From assembly GCA_051453625.1 (NCBI GenBank), contig JBOZIK010000001.1:28586667-28630941 (forward strand): DNA of 44,275 bases. The letters run 5' to 3'. Position numbers and translations under genes: made by a program. The stretch comes from Welwitschia mirabilis (lineage: Eukaryota). This document shows positions 13,701 through 26,434 of the stretch, piece by piece; position 1 is the stretch's first letter, and each line of letters opens with the position of its first letter. The notes under the pieces were generated by a model. It was not told the origin of the DNA, did not search any database, and worked only from the letters and a program-made list of their open reading frames with translations.

Positions 13701-16229
13701 CATTCTTCATTAGGGATAGTATGGGTTTAGATTCATAATTATGCTAGCTTAGATATTAATATAAGTTGCAAAGTAAAGAAATAAACAAAAATGTTGAAGT
13801 ATAAAGTTGAGATAAAATTCATCTTAAAGAAGAGAAAAGCAAACTATCTTTAAGGTATCACTAATTTACCTAGAGTAGTTCTTTACTCTAATGTTGTCCA
13901 ATTTTCTTCTTGTAAAACAATCAAAATCATCAAGTCTTTTGATCCAATTTATGAAACATAATATCGTTCATCATATGATAAATGATGAATTCAATGAACA
14001 TTGTCTTAAATAATAATTAAAAGTAAGGACTCCTAAAGTACTTAAGATCTATGAAATTAGAAGAGTAAGTGACACAGAGAAATTCACACAGCTAAATTAA
14101 ACTTAAGAGTTTAAAAAGTTAACTAAGAATTCTAATTTTGATATTACTCATGAATCAAGATCAAATAAAAACAACTTTTATATTATAGAAAGAACAACTT
14201 TATAAAAAAGAAAGAAAAAAGTAAGAATAACTTCTTAGTAATCCTCAAAGACTAGCTTACTTTCTTAAAAAGTCACTTAAAAATCTATCACAAGTTTAAT
14301 GCTTTAATGTCTCTAATTTCTTCAAGGCAAAGATGAATATAATAAAGTCTTTAAGATTATTTTATAGAAATAAATGGTGATGAGGGATTATTACATTCTT
14401 GGCTTATAACATTAGATAGAATCTTTATCATTTAGTATTAGGTAGATAAGAATTTTAACTTATAGCAGTAGATAGATTAGATTATATTCTTTAGAATTAG
14501 GCATAATATTCACTATTTAGCATTTGGTGGAGGATACCTTATAGCATTTGGTGGAGATTGTTACATAACTCCAATTCCACCTTCATGTGCCTCTATCACA
14601 TGTCTTCAAATGCTTCTACTACTATCACCATGACATATCTCTATTGCGATTTTGGTTTTATGTGGAATTATTTCCAACTTCTATCATTTATTTCAAAATA
14701 TGGCTAAATATTTGTAATTATTTTATAGAAAATCATTATATTATATTTTATTTTAAAAATAATAAAAGACATATTTTATGATTAAATTAATTAGCTTAAT
14801 GTCTTTATTTATAATAAATTAACCTCAAGTAATTGATGTAAATGTCAATTTTTACATGTTAACACATCTTCTAACTAGTGTTTTTCTAGTGCTAAAATGG
14901 TTAAACATGAAAAATTATATGTGTCAAAGCACATCAAGTGTGTGAATGGCATAAATTAAAAATTTTATGATTAATTTTATATAATTAATGCATCAAAGCA
15001 AAGATGTTTATTAAAAATTGACATGATGTCTCCCAAAACTAACACTTCAATTTATTGATAAAGTTTTAGGGTGACAAGGTTAGATTATTTAAGAACATAG
15101 GTGTAGATTGATTGTGAAGAGTTCAAGCTAAGGAAAAAGATAGTTATTTATAGATAGACATATGCTAAGTGGAAATACTATCTATAAAAATAGTTAATGC
15201 CTTAAAAAATGATATAAAGTAGAATGTAGTGAAGTAATGCGATAAAAAAATGCATGAATGGAGTAAAACCCAAAATCAATGAACAAACGTGTATACTATC
15301 CTAAGTTATTAGCTCTTTATTATATTTTTATATTTTTTAGTGGTCCACATTATCAACCAAGTCAAGTTTTAAACAAGTAACTTATAGAAATCTAAGGAAT
15401 TAACGCAAATCCTATCTATGAAAGTCAAAAGACAATGGTTTACATAAGGCCTCTAATTTCCACATTTTTATTCCTTTATTTTTCACTTCTAACTTTGCAT
15501 ATGTCCTTAGTATCATGCCCTTTAAACCACATTAAGCATATAGTATTACAACATTTTTTGTTAATAGAGTTAAGTGTGTTATATTATTAAAAAATTAGTG
15601 GTGCATTTCCAATGAGTTTTTATAGCCCTAATACAGTTAAACATGCTATAACTAGATCTTTAAAGCTACATTACTCGGAGACGTCCATAGCCCTAATGCA
15701 ATTAACAAAACACAACTAAGTGATTAATGTTAAGTGCTTTCAAAAAAGAGATATATTATTTTCTTTTCTTCATCTTTCTATAGTCATTTTTTTTTCACTT
15801 TAAGTGGTCATTAGATTATTAGCCTAGTTAAGATAAATCTTATCCCCATTAAAAAGCTTCTTACTTATAGAGCACATGAAAAGGTAAATTCCACCTTTTT
15901 AACTAAGATTCACCAAAATTAAGGACTTTTAGTGAATGTGTTCTTAATTAATGTACTCAAAATAAGCATTCTTTCCCTTAAAAACCTATAAATAGACTTG
16001 ATTTTAACAATTACGGAGTTTATAAAATGATCTATTATTATTTATTTTTACTTTAATGACTTTTAACTTGGATAAGTAATTCTTAAAAACTTGTGAGTTG
16101 ATGGTTTAGGTGGATGATTTGTAGGTTTAATTATGTAATTTAATAATCAATTTAGTGAATGATAAAGTTCAAAATGGTGGTGGAATAAGTCATAATGTCT
16201 TATACGATGTCCATTGACTTTAAGGAGTT

Positions 16230-17070
16230 GATTTTTTTGGGGATTTTTAATAACTCCATGTGGTAAAAAATTTTTTAATCAAGAAGGGTTCTTTTCACTT
16301 AACTACTAGTTTTCTTGAAAAAAGATGTAAACATAACTTATAAAGCAAGGCTAGTTCTCCCTTCTTGAAAGTTTTTCTAAGGATATGTTAATTATGAAAC
16401 TACTTCATCCTATTCTAATTCATTCTCATGCTATCATGAGTATCATTTCTAATTTTATCTATTTCATTGAGTTCTATGACTCTATTTTTCTTTACAACCT
16501 CTAAGTCTAAGTTCATATTCTTGATCACCTAGTAAGTCCTATGTTCAAGTTTTATAGGTAAATAACATGCTTTACTGTAGAATAATTGAAAAGATGATAT
16601 TCTTAAGGGTGTTTAATAAGTAGTGGGATATGCCCATAAGGCATTGTTAAGTTTAAAGAACTAGTTTTTCTGTATTAAGTTTACAAATTTTTGAAGGATT
16701 CTATAGTTCCCTATTCATAACCTCAACTTAGTCACTTGTTTACAAGCGATTAAGTGTTATAAATTAATATGTAACCCTATATTTAAAGAGAATGGTTTTG
16801 AATATTTTATTATAAAACTATTTTAAAACATTTTCTTTAAAGAATCTAACTACTATTTTGGCATTATTTGTTTGATAAGAACATGCTTTAACTTCTTTGG
16901 TTATGTATTTAATACAAATAAGGAGATATTAGCACCTATTTGATGATGGACAAGGGCCTTAAAAATTGACTTGCCATACATCAAAGGGTTTAATAGTAAT
17001 GATGTGATTTAAAGACATCATTTGTCTATGTGAAAGAATTCCTAATCTTTCACAGTTATCATGGGATTTA
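16230..17070 (-). pseudogene. Athila-like gypsy integrase remnant
   Basis: Minus strand: HDNCERLGILSHRQMMSLNHIITIKPFDVWQVNF*GPCPSS...KLNNALWAYPTTY*TPLRISSFQLFYSKACYLPIKLEHRTY*VIK...ELNEIDKIRND...GELALLYKLCLHLFSRKL. Confidence 0.88.
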
Positions 17071-18020
17071 CAGTTGATGAGAACTAATTTTGATGTAAAT
17101 TTTCTTTATGAATAACATGTTTTTATTTTTATAATTATACACTTTAGATGATATTAGATGCTTCTCTTTAGTAATTATGTTAATGTACTAGCTAGTCAAT
17201 AGGTTGGTTAGTTAGTATGTTAGTAGGCTTTTGTGTATGTATATATATAGATATTATACCATTGTGTTTTAAGTACAAAATGCCATTTAGTATAAGAATG
17301 ATAGAGAAGATGGAGATGGCATAAATGCAGTAACAACCTCAATCATAAACATGTTCATAAGAAGCAAAGAAAGGAAATGACATAATAGAAAAGGGTATAA
17401 GAAGGAGATCACAATAAAAAACGGGGATCATTTTGGTAAAAAAGCTCTAGCAATAAAACATAGAAAAAGGATTAAAAAGGAATCTTCAATTATTCTATAA
17501 AGGATGCAATAGGATCTTTACTGCTCTAGTGTTACCTCAAATGAAAATACAGGTTTATCAGTACATCTATGTGTAACTTTTTGGTATTCTAATATAAAGC
17601 TAAAAATATAATGTATTTAGTATCATTATGTGCATGTTTTATTACTTTAAAAAGTAATATTATTTTCTACATACTACAATTTATGTAGCTGAACATGAAC
17701 TAGGATAATTAATAATGCTTAAAAATAAGTATGGTCTAGTATTTCATCTGATTCTTTATCATGTTTTTCAATTCTCTTTATTCCTCCTAAAGTAGTATAT
17801 GTAAATATTAAACCTTATCATCAAATAAACCAATCTAACTAGTTCAAGTAGCTTTATTATGATATTATTGTAATGATGCATTTTGAAGAAATAATTAAAT
17901 GTTAAATTTTTTTATAATAAGGCTTTGATTTTTATTTAATAGTTTAAGCTTATTTTAGGTTAACAGTATCATAGTTTTTTTGCATTTTCTAGCATAGTTT
18001 CTTAATATTTTTTGTAATTA

Positions 18021-18073
18021 TTTTATCACATAAGTTTTTATCACATAAGTTTTTATCACATAAGTTTTTATCA
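18021..18073. repeat. Perfect 15-bp tandem repeat (atcacataagttttt) x3.5
   Basis: Read directly; lies at the truncation point of the copia element. Confidence 0.95.
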
Positions 18074-18078
18074 TTTGA

Positions 18079-20475
18079 GAACTCATTCATATGGACTTGG
18101 TAGGTTCCATTCAAACTAAGAGTTTAAAGGGTAAACATTATTTTCTTACTATGGTTGATGATTTCTTTAGATATACATGGGTTGCATTTCTTTCAAGAAA
18201 ATCTAATAGTTACAAATATTAGATAGAAATATGCAATAAGATTTAAAATTAAAAAGGGTACACCATAAAGAACATAAAAATTAATCATGATGATGAATTT
18301 AAAACTCATTATTTTAAGAAATACTACATTAACAATGAAATTGATCACAGTTTTCAACCCCTAAAATACCACAACAAAATGGTATTGCTCAAAGAAATAA
18401 TAGAGTCCTTAAAGAAATGACATGAACTATGTCAGATGATAAGGAGATTTCAAAAGTGTTTTGAGTAGAGGTTATTAGCACTACATGTTATATTATTAAT
18501 AGAGTTTATAAAAAACCCATATGACTTGCGAAAAGGAAGACAACAAAATGTTTTCTATTTTAAGGTTTTTGAAAGTAAATTTTATGTACTAAAAGATAGA
18601 TAACATCTAAGAAAGTTTGAATCTAAAGCTGATGAAGCTATATTTTTGAATTACTCAAGTAGAAGTAGAGCATATCAAGTTTTTAACAAGAGAAGTTTAA
18701 TAATAGAAGAGTTAATTAATATGTAAATTGATGAGATAGACACAAGACCAAATTGTTTAGATGATAAGGAAGGGATATCTATAAGTATCCCTACAACTAA
18801 TGTAGTAACTACTAAAAATAATGAAGTTCCTACAAAAGAAGTCATAACTAAGAAGTTTAAAGAGTTAAAAGATCACTTGTTAGGATCTACTATTGGAGAT
18901 GTTTATTTAAAAATAGAGATAAGAATTTTTATGAATAAATTATGTGCCCACATTTGTTATGTTTCAAAAATAGAGCTCAAAAAATTTGAAGAAGCAAAAA
19001 TCATGAGGAATGGATGATGGTAATGCAAAATGAATTACAGCACTTCAAGGGAAATGATGTTTGAAAACTTATAGAAAGGCTAAAAAATAAAAATGTCAGT
19101 GGGACTAAGTGATTTTTAAAATCAAATGTGATGAATAAAAGAATTTTATTAAAAACAAGGCAAGATTAGTAGCACAAGGCTATAACCAAATAGAAGCCAT
19201 TAATATAGCTGATACTTTTTCTCCTATTGTAAGACTTAATAGCATTATAATGCTTTTGTATTTTATAGCCTTTAAAAATTTCAAAGTTTATCAAATGAAT
19301 ATTAAGAGTGCTTTTTTAAATAGTACCTTAAATAAATAAATAAATGTAGAGCAACCATGAGATTTTATTGATCTTCATAAAATTGATCATATTTATAGGC
19401 TTAAAAAAGCCTTGTATAGATTGAAGAAAGCTACAAGAGCTTGGTTTGAGAAGCTAGCCACATATTTAAATGATTATATATATATATATATATATTCATA
19501 AAATAGTAAACAAAACCTTATTTGTGAAGAACTTGAAAAAGAATTTCATTATTATACAAATTTATATAGATGATATCATATTTGGTTCCTCAAATGAAGG
19601 GTAGTTAAAATAATTTACAACTATTATGAAATACATTTTGAAATTAGCATGCTTGGTGAAGTAAAAATGTTTCTTAGATTATAGATTAAGCAAAGAAAGG
19701 ATGGAATATTTATTTCTCAATCTTAATATGAAAAAGATTTAATCAAATATTTTGGATTTAAGAATGCAAAAACAATTGGTACTCCTATGTCACAATTCTG
19801 TAAAGTAAGTTTGGATGAGAATGGAAAATTAGTAGATCAAAAACTTTATAGCATTATAATTATAAGTTTATTATATTTATTTGTAAGTAAACTAGACATT
19901 ATTTTTAGTATTAGAGTGTGTATAAAAATTTTAGAATAATCAAGCATGTAAAAGGCACATGTAATTAAAGTTTGTGTTATCTTACAAAGACATCCTTTGA
20001 GCTTATAGGTTTTTAGTTATGTGAATTAGGCTAGATGTAAAGACGACAGAAAGAGTACAAGTGGAAATTATTTTCTTTTAAGTTTGTGCTTAGTAGGATG
20101 GGTAAGTGAGAAATAAAACTCAATCTTTCTTTCAATAATAGAAGATAAACATATTGAAACAAGGAGTTGTTATGCTTATCTATTATGGATGAAAGAAATG
20201 CTAAAGGATTTTCATGTATATTTTGAGCAAGTTCCTATATTTTGTGATAATGCTAGCATAATAAACATTTCTAAAATTCTGGTTTAGCACTCAAGAACCA
20301 AACATGTTAAGCTAAGGCATTATTTTTTAAGAGATCAAGTAAAAAAAGAAAACATTACTATAAACTTTATTAATGTAGATCAATAATTAGTATATATTTT
20401 TATCAGACGCCTAATTTTTGATACTTTTCTTTGTCTCCAAAATGACTTGGGGGTTATCTCACCATCTTTTAATTA
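18079..20475 (+). pseudogene. Copia pol (integrase core, RT, RNase H)
   Basis: ELIHMDLVGSIQTKSLKGKHYFLTMVDDFFRYTWV; PQQNGIAQR; KNKARLVAQGYNQ; YQMNIKSAFLN; RLKKALY; QIYIDDIIFGS; DDRKSTSG; FCDNASII; HSRTKHVKLRHYFLRD. Numerous stops. Confidence 0.93.
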
Positions 20476-21115
20476 ATTATAGGATAGTCAACTAGATGTA
20501 TGATTTAGCTAATTGAATGTGGTCAGTTAAATAGCATAAAATCCTGATTTTCCAAATCCTATTAGTTCTCTAGGACACTTCAAAGAAAGCTAGAAGCTCA
20601 GAGCAGAAGGCAACCAAAGAAGAGAAACCTGATTAGATCTTTTCTCTTTGCTTTTCTTTTTTACTTGTGTGTATTTCTCTCCTTTGTAATTGATGTTAAA
20701 AGGGGGTAAATTAGTTAGTTGTATTTGATGCTTTTAGATGTATTTGCTCTTGATAAGTACTTTTTATTATAATTAACATCTTTTAGTAATAGAATATACA
20801 CTTGTTTTTATTCTCTATAATTTGTGTCTTAATTTTTTTAATGCAAATATAATTTTTATATGAACTAAAATTTCTAATATATTATATGATTAATCAATTA
20901 TTCATGATCAACACTTTGTTTGTCATATATATTTTGAGAACTTAAAATTGGCTTTAAATTTTGTTAAAATTTAAGATCTTATAAAAATATCCATATTGAT
21001 ATAAAAGGTTTAATATTTTAAAAAAGATTAATAGGCATTTCATGAGGGGGAGTTTTCTCAAATTCAATATTTTTTAACTAGGGGAATATTTACCATTAAT
21101 ATTAAAAGGGGATAT

Positions 21116-22503
21116 TATTAGATTATGAATTATCAATTGATGTCAAACTAATGTTTTTTATGTATAAAAATCTTTCATAACTTATGTAGAAAATATTAAT
21201 TACTTATAGATCAGAAGCTAAAGTAATGTATGTTACATTTTAATCCTAAAACCTGTCAAGTTTTGTTACCCTCTTAAGGAATCGACTAGACTTTTAAGGA
21301 GTTGACTATACCTGGATCAAACTCTCAAAGCTGAACTAAATTCAAAGCGGTCTATCAAACTTCTCAGGGGTCAACTAGATTTATGAATCTGAGAATAGTA
21401 CTCTGGAACTAATCAAAAATGGATTAATTAGACCTATGAGGAGTACATTGGAACTGAGCACTTTGCATCTGATACTCCTGAATCAATCATCAAGGGATCG
21501 ACTGGACACTGGGGGGTTGACCAAACCTAATTACTAAGCATCAATACTTTACATTCGATCCGGAAGAGGTTGACCAGATTTTAAGAAGTCGACTAAACCT
21601 AATGCAGAAAAGCTAAAATAGATTTTATCTAAACTAAGCAAATGACCAAATAAATATGTAAGTATTTGGATGAGTGGTCAACTAGATCCTGAGGGGTTGA
21701 TTAGACATGGAGCCATAAGAAACTAGGGTGATTAAAAAGTTCACTCAGCAGCTATTTAAGTGATAACACTAAGAGTGGTCAACCAGACATTTAAGAGGTT
21801 GACTAACTAAAATAAAAATACAAATTTTATATCCATTATGTAGCCATTTTATGACTGTTGGAAGTGCATTTTCACTTGTCATAATCCTAAAAGTATTCCA
21901 TTATAAATATTCAAGAGGAAAATTACTATAAAATCTTTTGTCAAGCTATTGAATCTTGTGGATTAATCATTATACTCATTTAGCATTGCATTATAACTAA
22001 ATATGAAACAACATATATTGTATCTTTATATGTAAGGAGGGGTTTATAGCACTCTATTATTCCTAGGTTATATCATCTACATGAGAAGTGCTTCATCTAC
22101 TTTCATTAAGCCAAATAATGAGTGATACTAGTGCACTTGGGTATTCTATCATCACTACCATGATTTCTTGCAAAAGGATAAGATTAAGCCTTCAGAAAGA
22201 GTTCATTTGTAAAGATGCTAGGTGAACCTGCAATAGCTAGAAGAGTTTAATGGAGATCTAGATCAGGCTTGGATAGAAGATGATCATTGATGATGGAGTA
22301 AGGGGTTTTCTCGAACCACTATAAAACTTGTGTGCATACGATTAGTATCTTTGTGCTTTCTATTATTTTCATTTTTTAAAATACTTTTAATTTTTATGCA
22401 CAAGTTTTTTAATGATTTCTTTTCAAGTAAAGTATTTTTATTTTAATATTATTTATTAATTTTTTAGAATCCTATTAACCTCCCTAGGGTTCTCTATCCT
22501 ACA
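21116..22503 (+). repeat. 3' LTR of the Sirevirus-like copia (~1.39 kb)
   Basis: Follows PPT aaaaggggatat (21104-21115). Start tattagatta..tgtcaaactaat matches tgttagatta..tgtcaaactaat at 42134. TATA ttataaata at 21901; about 11 gTCGACy-derived motifs upstream of it; ends cctattaacctccctagg..cctaca. Confidence 0.8.
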
Positions 22504-23420
22504 AAATAGAGAAAAAAATCCTCTATATGGAATACTACTAGCTCCTAATATTCAAAGATTTAAATGCTTATATCTAAAGTTGTAATATGTATTAAAGAGA
22601 AGAAGCATTTAATGAGAGATTATAAATGTCATAATAATGGATTTATTTAATTAAACCTTTTAATGTTTTGGAAATAGATTTTGTTAGACCTATCAATCCT
22701 ATCTATTTTAGAAAAAGATATATTTTGATCTATGTTGATTATTCGATAAGTGGGCTGAATCTGAGGATGTATCTCCTTGTTCTTTTTAAACCATAGTTAA
22801 CATTTTCTTAAGAATATTATCCACCAATTTGGATCCTATTGAAGTCTTATGTATGATAGAGGAATACATTTTATTAGTGAAATATCTTAGAAATTCTTGA
22901 CCAAATATAGAATCCATCATAAACTCTCTACTGCCTATCATCTTTATTCTAATAGACAAGCTAAATTAACTAATAGCAAAATTAATATAATATTAACAAA
23001 TGTCATAAATAGCAAGAAAATAGATTGGGCTTGAAAATTAAATGAAGCTTTATGAGCTTATATAATAACTTGGAAACATAACATAAGGTTTACACAAAAT
23101 GAATTAGTCTATAGAAGAAAATTTATTTTACCAACTAAATTTAGAATTAAAACCTTTAAATTGGATAAAGAATTAAAGTGTAACTTAAATACAACTTAAA
23201 AGGAATGGATAAAAAGCATGAATATTTTTATGAAAATAGGAAATAAGCTCTTTCATGTAAAGAACTTATATAATAGAAAGCAAAAATATATCATGATAAT
23301 AGAATTAGAAAAAATAATTTTAATGTAGGAGATTCTATATTAATGTATAACTCTAAAAAAATCCCAGTGAAATAGAAATATAAAGAAAACTGGCTAGGAT
23401 GCTATACCATAACAAAGATG
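22504..23420 (+). pseudogene. Athila/Tat-like gypsy integrase remnant abutting the copia LTR
   Basis: KILYMEYY*LLIFKDLNAYI*SCN; KPFNVLEIDFVRPINP; DRGIHF; HKLSTAYHLYSNRQAKLTN; DWA*KLNEAL*AY; ELVY. Confidence 0.8.
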
Positions 23421-26400
23421 TTGACCTACGTTTTTAATGATATAACCTCTATATCCATGTCTTAATTTAAGCCAAATCAATCTTACCCATTGATGAGACC
23501 AAACAATACAATGAATAGAATTTCATTATGTTTCTATATTAACTGAGCTTTAAAATCATTAACACGCTTCACAAATGGAGCTTTTCCATTTTATGAAACT
23601 TCGTTTTTCATATGCCAAAAGTTTGAATCCATTTACAAGAAATTGTTGAGGCCACTGCCTCACCTCACTAGTATTGTTATTCATTTCTATCATCTTCATG
23701 TTTTCTTATATTCACAATTTTCATTTAGTATTTTATATTATTTTACATCTTTGATAAGTTCATTTCCATTACAAAATTGATTATTTTCTAGATTTCTTCA
23801 CGTTCACTTTTATTTCTTATTACTAACCTCATTTTCTCAATTCTTTTCTTCTCTTTCATAATATTTCTTTTCCTTTTTCCTTCATTTCTAGATCTTGTAA
23901 AAAACCATTAGTGGAAAATAAGGATATTTCATTAAAGAAGACATCTTCTCATCTTTTCTCTTCCTTTATTCATCATATTACTTCATAAGGATTAAATCTT
24001 AAAATTAGTACTAAAGAAGTAGTTCACTTCTATAGAAATGCAATCATGAATGAGGAGGAATCCTCAGGAATTCTCTTCTTTTCATGGCGCTTCTTGTATT
24101 ATCATTTTAGGATATTTATAAGGTATTGTGGGAGTTTTCTATCATGATAATATATTTTTTTGCTTATCAAAACCTTTTATTTTTATTGTGAAGCTTTAAA
24201 CATATAATATGCTCCAAATAGAAAGGGACTCCAACTTTTAAAACTACCTCCATAGAAACTAATTAGCCCTCTTTAGATTCATTATTAGAGAGATATTTCT
24301 TCCCAACATTAACATATAAAGTAGTCATTTGAACATGGTTAGGATCATCTAAGATAGCAAACATTTTGACATAGCCAAGTTACTCTTTAGAACTATATTG
24401 AATTATGCAAATAATAAGACAAATCATCCTTTTCATACCTAGTCTCGTACTTGCTTCATAATGCCCTCCGTAGGTCTTCTAGATGCATCATCCATAATCC
24501 TTCTTAATTTCATTTGTAGTTTTCCTCTAGGTAGATATAGTGTTATCATTTATTGATTCCCCTTGTTACACTTTTTCACTTTTAATTTCTTCATTATAGT
24601 TCTTTCCTTTCTTTTGAGAATAGAATACTACATGCTCTAATGTAATTTTATAAACCTTTTTATTATGATTTTGTTATATTATCTTCTTCCTTTCTTTGTT
24701 TGAATAGACATTTCTATCCTTCTTTTACAATTTTACATAGTTATTATAGAAATTTATGCATTAGTAACCATTCATGTCATCATAGACAACATTTAAGTTG
24801 TTATGTAACATTTCTTTTTCTTCAACCTTTATTGGTTTTTTAATAAACATACAATCTCACCTTTTATGTAATTAATTTATGAGTCTAAATATAAATTAAA
24901 TTTGACTTTTAATATTTTGTTTGAAGTACAAACATCTTTGACAACTTTATCTCTAATACAATGTTTGGATATTGGTTTTATTTAGTTTTAAATATGGATT
25001 TAATAACTTAACTCAAGAAAATTTTTGATTAAACAACTATATGTGATTTTATGAATAAGAATATGGAATAAATATTTGAGATTATAGAATATAAGTTATG
25101 TTGTTACAATTATATGAATAATTAATGATGAATACTTTAAAAAAACATTTCACAAGATTTACATTAGTTCTTTGTATGGTTGAAGTTTTTTTATGATGCG
25201 ATATCCTTTTGTAGATTGTGTACTACTTCTATCCACTTGACATGCTTGACAACATTCATCATGATAACTATTTTTGTAAGAAATTTATAAAAGTTTCATC
25301 CTTGTCATTAAACAAGTAAATATTATATGCTTAGGACTACACATTTTTATGAACTACATCTTCTTCCTATCTTCTTCAATTTTGTGATCTGACGATTTTA
25401 AAAATTGTATACTTTCTAGATGGTTACATGAATGGTCTTATTGATTCCTTAAAATCCTTTTTACTTCCCAAGAAGAAATCATTGATAAGTTTTTTACTAA
25501 ACTATTAGCAAAAAAAAAAAAAAAAAACTTTATTATAAAACTCAACTCTTCCCTAGCCTGAAAATCCTTAAAGCACTAATGCCTTATTATTCCCGATCTT
25601 AGATCCATGAATTTCTAAATATTTCTATCTTCTCTCTTCCTTATCTTTTGAAATATTATTTTATGTCTAATAAAATATATAAATCTAATGAAAATAGCTC
25701 CAAATGGTGAAAAATTACTAAAGGCATATTAATAGAAGCTAGAGACAATAAGTTTTGTTTTAAAAATATGACAAAAAAAAATTTCTTTAGGAAAATATCC
25801 TTCGTGAAGGTAATGTCCTTAATAAAATTTTGAAAAATGTGGATGTAGAAATAGTACTAAATGTTGAAATGGTTCAGATTTAGAGGGATGAAAACAACAA
25901 TGTTTTCAACTAGCACATCTACAACTTAACAAATCTAACAAACTTCTTAGGACATCTAACAAACTTCTTAGACCATAAGCTTTATGGGAAACTTCTTCTT
26001 CCTCCCTCAAAAATAGCTAGACGATTAGGACATTTCATTTGAAAGAACAAAAGAAGGTCATTAACCAAAATCATTATACAAGTCTAAGTAGCCTAAAATG
26101 CGAAAAAAAAAACACTTTTAAATTAATTTACATAATCATATTCTTCTAATTAATTTTTTATCCTAATTTAATTAAACGGTTGATATGCTTGTTCTAGGAT
26201 AAGTATAATTATGGTCACCATGGAGTAACTGCATTCAATTTATTCGTGACTTTAGAATCAGAAAAAAAAAGAAAAAAAGAAAAAATCAAAAGAATCCTTA
26301 AAAGTAACATCACCAATTTCATTGGAAATCCAAGAGAAAATAATCATTGGGTCCTACTATTCCCGAAAATAATAAAACAGAATTTTAATCACCCCAAAGA

Positions 26401-26434
26401 AACCCTCTTTTGTTTAAATGAAATATTTGAATTA

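Larger units (their letters stand above)
18079..22503 (+). mobile_element. 5'-truncated Ty1-copia element, Sirevirus (SIRE/Maximus)-like: INT-RT-RH remnant plus 3' LTR
   Basis: Copia domain order, several GGGG polypurine tracts in the 3' region, and an LTR homologous to the one at 42134. Confidence 0.88.

Noticed and set aside
1302-14781. Short AT-rich track ORFs (1302, 5601, 5857, 11614, 14587; likewise 37208, 39669, 41648)
   Set aside because: Low-complexity F/L/I/Y-rich translations expected by chance in AT-rich repeat debris.
14870-14892. tttttctagtg resembling another CACTA end
   Set aside because: Incomplete match and no clear subterminal repeats.
23430-25800. Possible minus-strand Mutator-like remnant with a TIR-like end near 25800
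   Set aside because: Only vague Cys motifs; no transposase signature or partner TIR could be confirmed.
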